Of a stretch of DNA of 64,000 bases, positions 43,647 through 64,000 are shown in pieces. This DNA is from the human T2T-CHM13v2.0 reference genome, Homo sapiens, in NCBI RefSeq assembly GCF_009914755.1, contig NC_060933.1; one strand, 5' to 3'. A program made the translations under genes and the position numbers. The number at the start of each line of letters is the position of its first letter. Positions within the stretch are counted from its first letter, which is position 1. Under the pieces are notes generated by a model. The model searched no databases. It was given only the letters and a program-made list of their open reading frames with translations, and had not been told where the DNA came from.

Positions 43647-44025
43647 TGTATTTGACTGTTCTCATATTGCTGTAAGGAAATACTCAAGACTGGGCAACTT
43701 ATAAAGGAAAGAGGTTTAATTGGCTCACAGTTCCACATGTCTGGGGGAGGCCTCAGGGAACTTACAGTCATGGCGGAAGGCACAGGAGAAGCAAGGCACC
43801 TTCTTCACAAGGCAGCAGGAAGGAGAAGTGTCGAGTGATGCAGGAAGAGCCCCTTATAAAGCCATTGGATCTCATGATCACTCATTCACTATCATGAGAA
43901 CAACATGGGGGAACCACTCCCACGATTCAATTATCTCCACCTGGTCTTTCCCTGGACATGTGGGGATTATGGGAATTACACTTCAAACCGAGATTTGGGT
44001 GAGGACACAAAACCTAACCATATCA
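43647..44025 (-). mobile_element. THE1(D)-type MaLR solo LTR
   Basis: 379 bp, gaggtttaattggctcacagttcc...gagatttgggt..aaccatatca; 5-bp TSD gacac on both sides. Confidence 0.9.
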
Positions 44026-44081
44026 GACACTATTTATTTAAAATTTTAAAGCATACAAATAGCAGTACTATATATTGTTTA

Positions 44082-44730
<649 letters not shown>

Positions 44731-47195
44731 ATCTTCAACATCTGTTTCTTTTATTTAAAAATGTCTAAAACACAACTAACAAATTGTTAACATGTATTGA
44801 CTCGAGTGGTGGGTGCATGGACATTTGTTACACTCTATTCTCTGGATTCTCTGTTACTATATGTATCTGTGACCATATAGGTATCTGTGTACAAAAGTGA
44901 ATTTCCAATATTTGCTCAATGGGTGTGTGCATCTGTGTGTGTTTCCCGTGTTCCTGCTGGCTCTGGCGGTCTTGCTGGTGTCTGCTGTATGAACTCACGT
45001 GCTGCCCCGGGCGAGGTGGGAGCAGCCTTGTTGGGTCTGCACCCGGAGACCGTGGGTGAGGAGTGCAGCTAGATGGTGTACCAAAGGCCTGCTTTCTTCC
45101 TACCTCTCCCTGGTGCAGCTCTTGAGTTTCCTGGATAACACAAATATTACAGTGAGAGGCCATGGGGGCAGAGGCAAGGCCAGGGGCTGCCTCTTGACCA
45201 ACTCCTCAGTCCCCTCTGAATGACTGGCTTCCTAGCAGCCAGGACCATCGATGGCAGAGGCACCGAGTTAAGAAAGCAGAAACGATGCAGGGTCAGGCGG
45301 GGAGAGAGCTGGGCCGGGCAGGGTCTTCCCTTGCCGAACACTGTCTCCTTTGGGACCATAAGCAAGTGGCTCCCGTCTCTAAGCCACGCACTTGGTCAGG
45401 CAGATGACTGGAAACAGGTTGACCAAAGTCACACGTTGCCACGTCACGCTCCTGCATCCGTGGAAGGCATCGCTCAGCAATCACAGCACGTTTTCTGTCT
45501 GAGGTTCCATGCAGTCTCCAAGCCCTTCTCCAGCAGGGCTCAGAGACCCACCCCACGGTCTCAAGGAAGAGGGAAACCTTCCCGGGCTGCAAAGCGAGGA
45601 GCGCTCAGGGTCTTTCTGACTTGAATGCTTTTTCACTTCAACCTCCTGGGGGCAGAAAGACCCTGGAAGCCCTCAGTTACCTCATCTGGAAGATGGGGAT
45701 GAGGCTCCTCTTTGCCTTCCCACGCTGCTGTTAGACTAAAGGAGACACGAGATGCAAAACACACACTCAGCCGATGACACCGAGCCTGCGGGAGGGACGC
45801 ATGTGTAGAGGCTGGCACAGTGACTGGGAGGTTCCTGGGTCTGTCCTTACTGTGTCTTCCCTCCCTTCCCCCCTAGGCTGGAAGGGGCAGCCAAGATGTC
45901 CTGGGCTCCATCAGACACTGCTGATTCCATTCCGTGTCATGCTCACTCAAACCCTGCAAGGTAAAAAATAATAATAATAAGGAAAGAGTAATAAACACAC
46001 AGAGCACTTCCACCTCCTATGGGCATGCATCTCCTAAGGATTTCACATATATGAACTCATGTAACCCTCATAGGCACCTTAAGAAGTAGATACTATTAGT
46101 TCCCCATTTTGTGGATGAGAAAAACTAAAGCACAGAGAAGGTGAGCCACTTGCACAAGTTCACACAGCTAGCAAATGTCAGAATGAAGGTTTGAACCCAG
46201 GTAGCCCTGAGTGTGAGCCTTTCCTGCCTTTCATAAGGCCAGTGTTGCCACTCCCATTTCACAGATGGGGAGGCTGAGCCTTGGAGAGGACAAGCGCCCA
46301 TGTCTCCCAGGCCACAAGTGGGCGGTGGTGAGTTCAAGCCTGCCTGCCTTTCCCCAAGCACCATCCCAATTTGCCCTGGGTCCTTCATGTTCTAGGGAAG
46401 AATTGCAGGACTCAGGGGCCCCAAATTGCAGGAATCTTAGACACAATACAGACCCACTGCCCTCTGGGAAAGGGTGAGGCTGCCACCTGGAAGGATGGAA
46501 ATGTCTGGGGGGCCCACGTGGACAGCCTTTTGGGGGCTGAGGAGGGAACAGGGTCTGAGATTGCCAATGTGGCTGGGCCCCTCTTAGGCAGGCTGACCAC
46601 CTCTTACTGTCTTGGGCCAGGAGGGCAGGTGACGTGGGGTCATTTCTGGGCTGTGCCCTATTTGTCTATGCACACTTGAGAGAGACCAAGTGTCTTGTCC
46701 AAGATCACATAGCTAAGAAGTCCTGGTGTTGAAACCCGGCCTCGGTGGCTCCTGAGCCAGGGTCTTCCTGCCCCTGCTTGTCTACGCACAAGCCTCCTCC
46801 TTGGACCCCAGATCTCTGCAGCTCCTCCCACAGGGTTATTTAGACCTGTCTCTACACAGAGCAGATGCCATAGGGCCATGGGGATGGCGGCCATGCTGGA
46901 GGGACCAGGACTGGCTTCGGAGCCTCATACGCAACCCCCAACCCCCAAACTCATACATACTCTCATGCAGTCACCGCAGACACTCTCAGTCACCACATGA
47001 CTGGCACACCCTCACACTCAGTCTCAGGCTCACACTCATAAATGCACTATTAGTGGCCACTACTGGGGCAGGAAGACCCTGGCTCAGGAGCCACCCAGGC
47101 CGGGGTTCGACACCAGGACTTCTCAGCTATGTGACCTTGGCCAAGACACTTGGTCTCTCTCAGCCTTATTCTCATCTGTAAAATGGGAATAATGA

Positions 47196-48172
<977 letters not shown>

Positions 48173-48793
48173 TTAAAATGATTTGTAAGTGGAATGCGAG
48201 GACACTGGCAAAGCAGTTTGAATCTGGAATTCTACATTGTTATTATCCCCCTCCCACCCCAAATCTCTCCCAAAACTAAATCAACAGATTTATTTTTAGC
48301 AATGCGTCTTTATTGCATATTTCCAAAGCATTAGATTTAGTTTTTCTCAAAACATTACTTTCTTTTGCAGTCAGATTTCATTACTTTTTGTTTGTTTAGC
48401 TAACTATAATTACGACAATAGACACAAATTAGCCAAAGCTTTTTGAGTACAGACTTTCCTGATTCTGGCAGCTGACAGCTGAGTCAGTGGGAGGAGAGCT
48501 TGGGCAGGGTCGAGAATGCTCTAGAAGCTTAAGCCATCAGCATTTCTGGGCAGCATCCGTGTGCCTTGGCAGGGGGATGGAGGGCAGCCATTGGTCCAGC
48601 GAGTTGGTTAAGTGCAGGCTGGTTAAGATAACACCTGCCGGACCCACCTCACAAGGCTACTGGGAGGATCAGAAACAATTTAGGTCTCTCACCCAGCATG
48701 TGAGGGCCTGCAATGACCTGCCGCTCAGGCTACTGCCAGGCATCCCAGGCCCCTTGCACATCTTGTCATAGCACTTGTCGCTCCGGCCTGTGA

Positions 48794-49121
<328 letters not shown>

Positions 49122-49819
49122 CGAGGGCTTCTTGAGGACAGAGATGGGGTGTCCTTCCTCTCTGTGTCCTCAGGGTCAAGTGCTGGGGTCTGCTGTGGAG
49201 TCTGGTACTTTACCACACACCATGGGCTGCACACACCTGCACAGGTAGGGGAGGGGTGAGGCACTGGCCAATGCCAGGCATCCTTTTGGAGACCGGGGAA
49301 AGACCCTGCCTTCACCATCCCATATTCAGTTCTCCTGTGAGTGCCTGCATGCTGGGGCCTGCAGCCCAGGTGGAGTTCAGGCAGCTGTGGGCTGAGCCAA
49401 CCTCATGTGCCAGCCCTGAATGGAGGGAGGGAGGCAGGTGGGCCAGACCCTCCATCTGGCACCCCACAGTGGTCCCTGGGGTTCATGCCTTTCTGTGACC
49501 TTCCAAGTTGACATGCCCCAGGCCCCCTCTGGGTGACCCTGGGCAGATGCCCAGCAGGAAGAGATGGTCTGGGGCAGGGCAGAGGGTCCCATTATATTCA
49601 GCAGCCCCAGCCTCCAGGGTCCCTTTGCTGTGGAACAGGTGCTGGTATTGTTCCCTCCTCCTGCCCCAGACGGATGGGGGTGTTTGCCCATTTGCGGTGA
49701 GGTAGGGAGGAGGAGGCGGGGAAAGGGCAAGGAGAGCTGTCACTCATTAGAGAGGGATGGTTACTCATTTGACCTCTTATTTTATGTATGTATATTTTCC
49801 TCATTATAAAAGTAAAATG

Positions 49820-51240
<1,421 letters not shown>

Positions 51241-51789
51241 AAGTGCATATTTATAATAAAAATGCTGACACGACATGGACCATATACTAGTCAATATATG
51301 TTGGGTACTTACCCTATGTCAGGTGCTACAGCTTAGAAGGTAGTTGTATTAATAAGTACTTATAGTAAGGGAGTTAAATTAATCCTTATTTTATGGACGG
51401 TGAATCTGAGATACAGAGAGCTTAAGAGACTTGCCTAACCCTGCTGAGGGTCGAAACAGGGGATTGATTCAACTAATTGAGTTTGCCTGGTACCCTTGTA
51501 GTGCCACTAACTAGCACAGTGACTTTGGCAAGCCATTTGATAATTGCCTGTCTCCATTTCCTCTTCTGCAAAGTGGAAGTAATGATATTTATCTCAGGGA
51601 ATAATGACGGTTAAACGAGACGGTGAAACAAGAGATTACAGAATATAGAGGTCCTCGTCATGCCCACTCAGCTGCCAGGCACAGCAAGATTGTCCTTGGC
51701 TGTCCCCTGAAGATGTCCAAAATGCCCTCTAATCTGTAGGGGAGAAATGGGAGCCAGAGGTAGGGGGGTAAGATTCCCCCTTCCCCATC

Positions 51790-52089
<300 letters not shown>

Positions 52090-52147
52090 TGGGTTACTCT
52101 TTGTCTGATGGGCCCAGAAGCAGCACTACCTGGGCCTAGGGCCTCGT

Positions 52148-52264
52148 TGGATCTATCTGAATCCCAGTTCCTTCAGCCTCTTGGGCCTGGATCTATCCAA
52201 TTCCAGTTCCTTCAGCCTCTTGGGCCTGGATCTATCCAATTCCAGTTCCTTCAGCCTCTGGGCC
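52148..52264 (+). repeat. Minisatellite, 3 x ~39 bp
   Basis: tggatctatccaattccagttccttcagcctcttgggcc; units of 40, 39 and 38 bp. Confidence 0.93.
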
Positions 52265-52330
52265 TATCTCTCTCCCATAGACATCTGTAGAAAACAGGAT
52301 GGTTGCTCCTAACTCTTCACTCCCTCTGTG

Positions 52331-52743
52331 TGTAATCGGATTACACAATCACACCCTTTGCCACATGACTTTGCAGTGCCTCCCAGTAGAGCAGGCAGTG
52401 TCCATCGCCACCTGATTTAGGATTTGGCCCTGTGACCTGCTTCAGCCAAGGAAAGGTTAGCAGTCATGATGCACCCAGAGCTTTAAAAGTACTTGTGTCG
52501 TTTGCTTGGCCTCTTGGGCATCTTACAGTGGTCATGAAAAGAGCATGCTCAGGGTAGCTGCTGCCCCCAAAATGAGAGTCATGTGGAGCTGACTTGAACC
52601 TGACCTGAAGCCTGGAGCCAAACCCAGCCAACCCCAGAAAATCCCATAGCACAGCCACAGGCTCATGAGTAAAAAGCAAGTACTTCTTATTTGCCATTGA
52701 GTTTGGGAACTGTTTGTTATGCAGTCAATAGCTGACTAATGCA
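52331..52743 (+). mobile_element. Old MLT1(H/I-like) MaLR LTR
   Basis: cacaccctttgccacatgactttgcagtgcctccc...ttgttatgcag..aatagctgactaat. Confidence 0.7.
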
Positions 52744-52831
52744 TGACTCAAAACCATCGCTTTCACCATGAGGTCTTTGTACCACCACACTCCCTTCTCT
52801 AGGCTCTTCTACATCCAAAATAACTTCATCT

Positions 52832-53630
52832 GGCCAGGCATGGTGGCTCACACCTGTAATGCCAGCACTTTGGGAGACTGAGGTGGGTGGATCACCTGAA
52901 GTCAGGAGTTTGCGACCAGCCTGGTCAATATGGCGAAACCCCGTCTCTACTAAAAATACAAAAAATTAACCAGGCATGGTGGTGGGTGCCTGTAATCACA
53001 GCTACCTGGGAGGTTGAGGCAGAATTGCTTGAACCTGGGAGGTGAAGTTTCCAGTGAGCCAAGATCGCGCCACTGCTCTCCAGCCTGGGTGACAGAGCAA
53101 GACTGTCTCAAAAAACAAAAACAAAACCAAAAACAAACAAAATAACTTCTTTTCGACAATCATGAACCCAATACTAAAACTTCCACAATTTCTAACTCAT
53201 GCTAAAGATGACCAGCTTAGCAGTTCCACAACCAACCAGATTCTAATTTCTGCTTTGGGCTCAGCTGTTCTACACAGTAATAGCAATGGCTATTCTTCTT
53301 GAGGACTTTCTGGCATAAAAAGCCCTTTCCTGGCCGGGCGCGGTGGCTCACGTCTGTAATCCCAGCATTTTGGGAGGCCGAGGCAGGTGGATCACGAGGT
53401 CACGAGATCGAGACCATCCTGGCTAACACGGTGAAACCCTGTCTCTACTAAAAATACTAAAAATTAGCCGTGCGTGGTGGCGGGCGCCTGTAGTCCCAGC
53501 TACTCAGGAGGCTGAGGCAGGAGAATGGTGTGAACCCAGGAGGCGGAGCTTGCAGTGAGCCGAGATCACGCCACTGCACTCTAGCCTGGGCATCAGAGCA
53601 AGACTCCGTCTGAAAAAAAAAAAAAAAAAA
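52832..53630 (+). mobile_element. Two Alus (AluS 52832-53142; AluY 53332-53630)
   Basis: The second has TSD aaaagccctttcc. Confidence 0.9.
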
Positions 53631-54039
53631 AGCCCTTTCCCAGCCATAATCACCATTGATGTTCACAAATAGCCTCACAAGGCAGGTCTCATCATCTCCA
53701 TCTTGCACATTAGAAAATAGAGATGACTTGATCAGGGCTCCAGGTGGTGCCTTGCTGGGTCTCTGAGAAGTGGTGGATGCTATGTCTTCTTCATTAAGTC
53801 ATCCATCCTATACATGCATTCTCCTCAATTCCATCTGAGTTCTCTTTCTGTCGCCCACCAGGTCGTTAAGGAAGCTGTGTCTTATCCAAGCCTCTTTCTT
53901 CTTTTCTATGCTGCAGGCAAATGGAGCCTTTCTCTCCCCGCCTCTTGGTTTTATCTTGCTCACCTCCATGACTTTCTCAACACGTTCTCTCTGCCTGGAA
54001 TTTACTTCTTCCTCATCTCCATATGTCTAAATCCTGCCC

Positions 54040-55460
<1,421 letters not shown>

Positions 55461-55574
55461 TAAATCCTACTTATTCTTCAAAGCCCAGTCCAGACGTTAC
55501 CTCCTTCATATAGTTCTCCCATATCTTCCTGCCCTCATATGATTCCTCTAAGAGTGTGATATATATGTGTGATC

Positions 55575-55735
55575 ATTCTCCTTCTTCCTCTCTTTCTCCT
55601 TCTTCCTCCCCTCTTCCTCCTCTTCCTCCCTTTCCTCCCCCTCCTTCTCCTTCTTCCTCCCTTCTCCTTGTTCTTTTTCTTCCTCCCTTTCTCCTCCTCC
55701 TCTTCTTTCTCCTCCGCCTTACTCCTCTCCTTTGC
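55575..55735. repeat. (CCT/CTT)n polypyrimidine tract
   Basis: About 160 bp almost purine-free. Confidence 0.85.
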
Positions 55736-57329
55736 TTCTACTGTCTATGGTTTGCATCTCTTTGAAGGTCCTCATGATTTGCATTTTCTCTTGGAGTCAT
55801 TCTTGACTATGTCTCTCTCCCCCACCAGACTGTCAGCTCTTAGAGGACAGGGATCTTAACTGAGTCACCTCTGGGTCTCCAGAATCCAACAGTGTCTTGC
55901 ACAGACTGGGTTCCAAGACTATTTTGAGTAATTGAATAAATGAATGGACTGGATACATGCCTGGATGGGTGGTAGGAGAGGGAAGCATGAATGAGTGGGT
56001 GGATGGAAGGGTAGATGAATAAGAAGGATGGAAGATAGAAGTGTGAATGGTAAGAGGCTGTCTGGTTCCTCTCTGCCAAATTCTTGCGCCAAAAATGCTC
56101 TCCTGTCACTTCCAGACACTGAGAGACTTCATGATTCTGCTTGTGGGAGCTCCAAAAACAGACCCTATGAGGAACTCTCCTGCTTCCTGTTGAACCTTCA
56201 AACCGTGCTTTTTTTTTCTCTTCTGATTCACATCCCTTCTCAATGTTGCCAAGTGAGGAGGGAAAGAACACCTGAAAGCCAGCTGTCACTCGTCTTGCCA
56301 AGCTGCTCACCCTGCTAAGAGCTTCAGCCATCACCAGGGAGGAGTGTCCTTTCCTTTACATCCACGATTCAACTGTGGCCGAGCTTAGGGGGCTTCCAGG
56401 GTCCAGAGGGGTGCTTTTTCCTAGATGGGGTGAAGACACTCGTTAGGTAATAGGTGGCTCCCTCCCTACAGCTTCTCCCTTTCTGCCCTTATTCCTCTCA
56501 TTCCCTTCATCTTCCTCTGTCTCCTGCTCCTAGCCATCTCCTCTTCCTTTTTTCACTCTTCTTCACTATTTGACTTGGTGAAAAGATTCAAGACTTCGGA
56601 TTTAGAAAGACTTGAACTTTAAGCCAGCCATGTCTTTGATCAAGTCACTGCACCTCTCTGAGTCCCAGTTTCCCTGTCTGTAAAATGGAGTTAACAGTTC
56701 CCAACCATCAGGGTTGTCATGTGAATCAAATGACATCATGTGTTCAAAGCGCCTGGTAGCTATTGCTTTTATCAACACCGTTGTCACCAGCTTTCCTTAC
56801 AATTTGCAAAATCTTGCAATGTCTGCAAAGAAGAAAAAAAAAAGCTGCACTTCCTATCATGATGCATGCCTTCTATGCATCTACTGTGTTCCTTCTGCCC
56901 TTTTCCGGGAGCCCCTCTTCTCTTCTTCATCTTTTTTTTTTAATTGAACCTTTAACCTTATACACATATCTGTTAAATAAAATGCCAGGCATAGGTCCAT
57001 GTTAGTCTCATCTAAAAAAAAAATGAGTCTTTCAGCTTCCAAATGCTTCATGTCACTTCACTCAACCAACATGGGTTGCCATTGTGAGAACATCATGATC
57101 CGTTCTTCTTTCTCAATGGGGTGCAGAAAGAGGGGTCAGCCCAAGTGTAATGTCACGAGGGCCAGGCTTGTGTTGGTCTCTTGTCTCTGCAGCTTCAGTG
57201 CCCAAGACAGGGCCTGGCACAGAGGGACTCCTACAAGGATTTGTTGAATGTGAAAAGTGTGGCCATGGGGCTTCAGCACATGCGGTGGGCACCCTGCTTC
57301 TCTCTTTAGGCTAACCCCGAGATCACCTG

Positions 57330-58032
<703 letters not shown>

Positions 58033-58105
58033 AATGACATGAACGTTATGTTTTTTAGCACATGAATCACTCAATGTAGGAAAGTTTATTTGTTTGAGTG
58101 GTTAA

Positions 58106-58450
<345 letters not shown>

Positions 58451-59080
58451 AGTTATGATGTTTTAACCTGACATTTGTAATCTCTCCACACTCTCTAAAC
58501 GCACTAGAATTTCCCTGTATATAAGATTTCTAAACCGACCTGACTCCAATTATTAAGCACAACCTGACTCCAATTACTAAACACGTTTCAAATAAATAAC
58601 ACAGGGTGACTTGAAGCAAAGTGTTTTCAACAAGTGATTGCATGAAGACCTGTGCAGATGGTACATCCATTGGGTCACCACAGAATGTCCTGGAGAAGGC
58701 AAATTCTATAGTCAGATCAGCCTGGCTCGAATCCCAGTTTTGCTCCTCCCAGTGGGGCCTTGGGTAAAGACATTACACCTCTCTGAGCCTCAGTATCCCT
58801 GTCTATTCAGAAAGAATGTAAATAATTTCAACCTCTCCAGGCTGTTGTGATAATCAGAGCAGATAATGGAAGTGAAAGCCTTTTGAAAGCTGCAAAGCAG
58901 GATTCCTGCAATTGTTGCAATGATTCTTGAAAGTCAAACCAAAAAGCAGAGAGCAGTGGGGAAGAACATGGGCTTTGGAATCAGGGTTTGCCATCCACTG
59001 GTTGGGTGGCTGATGAGAAGTCACTTTGCCTCCCTGAACCTCAGCTTCTCGGTTTATAAAATGGAGATAATTACCCTATT

Positions 59081-61476
<2,396 letters not shown>

Positions 61477-63479
61477 CAAAGCTTTTGTAAACATTAGGAA
61501 AGTGCTTCTTGTCTGAGTTTACTTCCAATTCTGCTTTATTGTTAAATCTCATTGTTAACAATATTTCCCAACTCCTTCCTTCCCTCCTCCTTCCTTTTTT
61601 GCCAACATCTCTAAGAAAGTTGGATGGCATACAAGTCCTTCATGTGTCATTATGAACATGTTTAATCAGGTTGCTTTTCCAACATCCAAGACAATTGGTC
61701 TCAATTAGAGTAAAAGAATTTCTCTGGAGGTTAAGGGAGAAATAAGTTATTTTGAAGCCTTGGGCCCCCGAGAGAGAGAGAGAGCCTGGTGGGTGATTTA
61801 TGCATCAGAGAGGCAGCAGGACTGGGTGTGATAGTGGGAAGGTGAGGTGGCCCAGAAAGGATGGAGGTAAGATCTTGAAGACAAACTTGGCTGAATTTTA
61901 TGAATTACTAGAGGTTGGCTTCTAATTAGGCCTGGAACTCAATGCCATGCTGGTGTCATTCTTTCCTTTTGCTTCTCTGGGGACAGCCTGGCCTTCTGGG
62001 CCAGGGCCCATTAGTGAGTCACCGTGCAGGGCATTCATTCACTAAACATTCCTTCAGAACCTGTTCTGTTTCAGGTTCTGAGTTGGATGCTGGGAAAACA
62101 GACATTGCTCAGCCTCTGTTCCTGCCACTAGTGAGCTCTTGAACTTGTAAAGAGAATCATATCATTAATTTTAACTTACTAGATCAAGGGATGTCCAAGA
62201 GAGCCTGTGAGCCCCAGATTAGTGACTCTGTTTCTGAGAGGGACTGATATCAGAGTGGGGTCTTGAAGGATGAATAGGAGTTTGACAGGCAGAGAAATGT
62301 CCTTCTAGGCAAAAGCACATGCAAAAGTATATGGAGGTATGAAAGAATATAGCTTACTCAGGGAGAATGAGACATTACAGGATCAGCGGTTAATGGAACA
62401 AGATGGGGGACGAGCAAGAAAAGGTATAAAGAGGCAGAATGATGAACAGCCTTAAATGACACTGTTTGGAGTTTGGACAGGGTAGAGAGATCAGCTAGAG
62501 AGCAGGGGTCAAACTTGGGCCTAGGTTTGCTGAACTCTCAAGGCGCCAACTTGAAAGAGTGAGAAGTCCCCTTCTCTGACCAGAAGCAACTTACATACTT
62601 CCTGGTGGAGTAGAAACCAATTCCAGCATGGGGGAAGCCCCCAGAGCAGCTGTATAGGGCAGGCACATGGTGCTCCTGGATCTGAAAGGAAGGGAAAAGG
62701 ATGGAACAATTCAGTGCACTTCTAAGTTATCCAAAACAATGTGAGTCATTTAACAAATATTTGTTTCGCTCCTACTGTATGCAAGACAGAGGTTGTCAGT
62801 GTGTTCAAGCCAAAGATCAAATACCCATGCCTCAAACCTGGGCTCAGATCCCAGCTCTGCCACTGATTTTCTGCATGGACGTGGGCAAATTGCTTCTCCT
62901 TTCTGGGCCGAAGTTTCTCCATTGGTACAATATGGGTGTTAGATTTGAAGATTTTGATCATGATGTCCTGCTCTCATATTCTGCAATTCTGACTTGCTCT
63001 GTGATCTTGGGCCAGCCCCTGCCCCTGTCTTGGCCTCAGTTTCCTCATCTGTAAAATGGAAGGTAGGAAGAGATTTAGCTTGAGATACATGGAGCCTGTA
63101 TCTTGGTCACCCGAGCCTTCCCTACACCCAGCCCAGGGTCCTGAGCTACTCTCCCCACCCCCAGCACACTCTAGCTTCCTCTACATTTCTCATCAAGATG
63201 CAACATACTTTAAATAGCATCTGCATGACTGGCTGGTTTTTTCCTTCCCGGAGAAGCTCTCTACAAAGTGTGCCAAGTGGCAGCTGTCAGGGCCGAGGTG
63301 GCATTTCCCTCAGTGATGCTGACAGCAGCTGTCCCGGCGCAGGCTGAATGGAATGGAAATGACATCATGTTTATTCAGGAAAGATGTTCCCAGACCCAGA
63401 TCAGTGTCAGCAAGATGCTGGGATGCTTGAGGAGGGAAAACAGGACCAAGACCAGGCACTGGGTCTCCTCTTCTGGAAC

Positions 63480-63770
63480 ACACACTGCGCCATACGCCAC
63501 CCATCTCACACACATTCCACGCACACATGCTCACACACCCACACCACTCACACAGACGGGCCTCCATATATACCACACCCTCTCGCACACGCACGAAAAC
63601 ACAGATGAACACGTGCCACATGCTATACAGGCTCCCCCCTCCCCCGCACACAATCGCACCACAGGTACATATCAATACACACCACCATGACAGCGCACAC
63701 ATACACCACATGCTCACAGATACACAGACACCTAGAGAGACATAGACAGACAGCTGCATGTCACATATGC
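63480..63770. repeat. Degenerate CA-rich low-complexity tract
   Basis: (CA)n-derived. Confidence 0.75.
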
Positions 63771-64000
63771 ATTCAGGTAGGGGTGCAGCTATTGGGGTGG
63801 AGGACAAGCTTCGGGACCCCATGCATAGAATCGGATCTTTCTTCTTTCTCCCTGGGTCTGTTTCTTCTCTGAAATGGGTGTTGTGTCATCCAGCCCTAGG
63901 CTGTTCCAAAGACTAAACAGTAGAGGCAATATCTTGCTCTCAGAAGACAGTAGGTTTTTAAAAATTTTATTTTTTAATTTTTATTGAGACAGGGTCTTGC

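Noticed and set aside
45438-45446. UPRE/CREB3-like TGACGTGG motifs (also 28587 and 46630)
   Set aside because: Isolated 8-mers, not clustered, without supporting context.
52148-52264. CRISPR-like array
   Set aside because: Eukaryotic DNA; the units are contiguous with no unique spacers.

Overview
Primate (human-type) genomic DNA. It holds the 3' half of the LIM-homeobox gene LHX2 (+ strand; human 9q33.3, from prior knowledge) and about 47 kb of downstream gene-free sequence. The window opens inside a CpG-island intron. It then contains the penultimate coding exon (5017-5222, homeodomain helices 1-2 and the start of helix 3), an 11.1-kb intron, and the last exon (CDS 16338-16625; 3'UTR to about 17220 with AATAAA and a miR-124 site). 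The rest is dense in Alu, MIR, L1, L2, LTR and hAT relics, with two orphan CpG islands (about 24.8-25.3 kb, with a perfect CTCF core, and about 29.2-29.9 kb) and several unique motif-dense islands that look like enhancers. No other protein-coding gene is supported; the other ORFs are GC-, Alu- or low-complexity artefacts. Most interesting observations: a candidate cryptic exon in the homeodomain-splitting intron (possible Lhx9alpha-like dominant-negative isoform) bracketed by inverted Alus; a 28S-rRNA 3'-end retrocopy sharing one target site with an Alu (three TSD copies); a cluster of local templated duplications including a fold-back insertion inside an Alu; and a GATA/RUNX/NF-E2 motif cluster. 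Repeat family names come from recalled consensus sequences and need a RepeatMasker/Dfam check.
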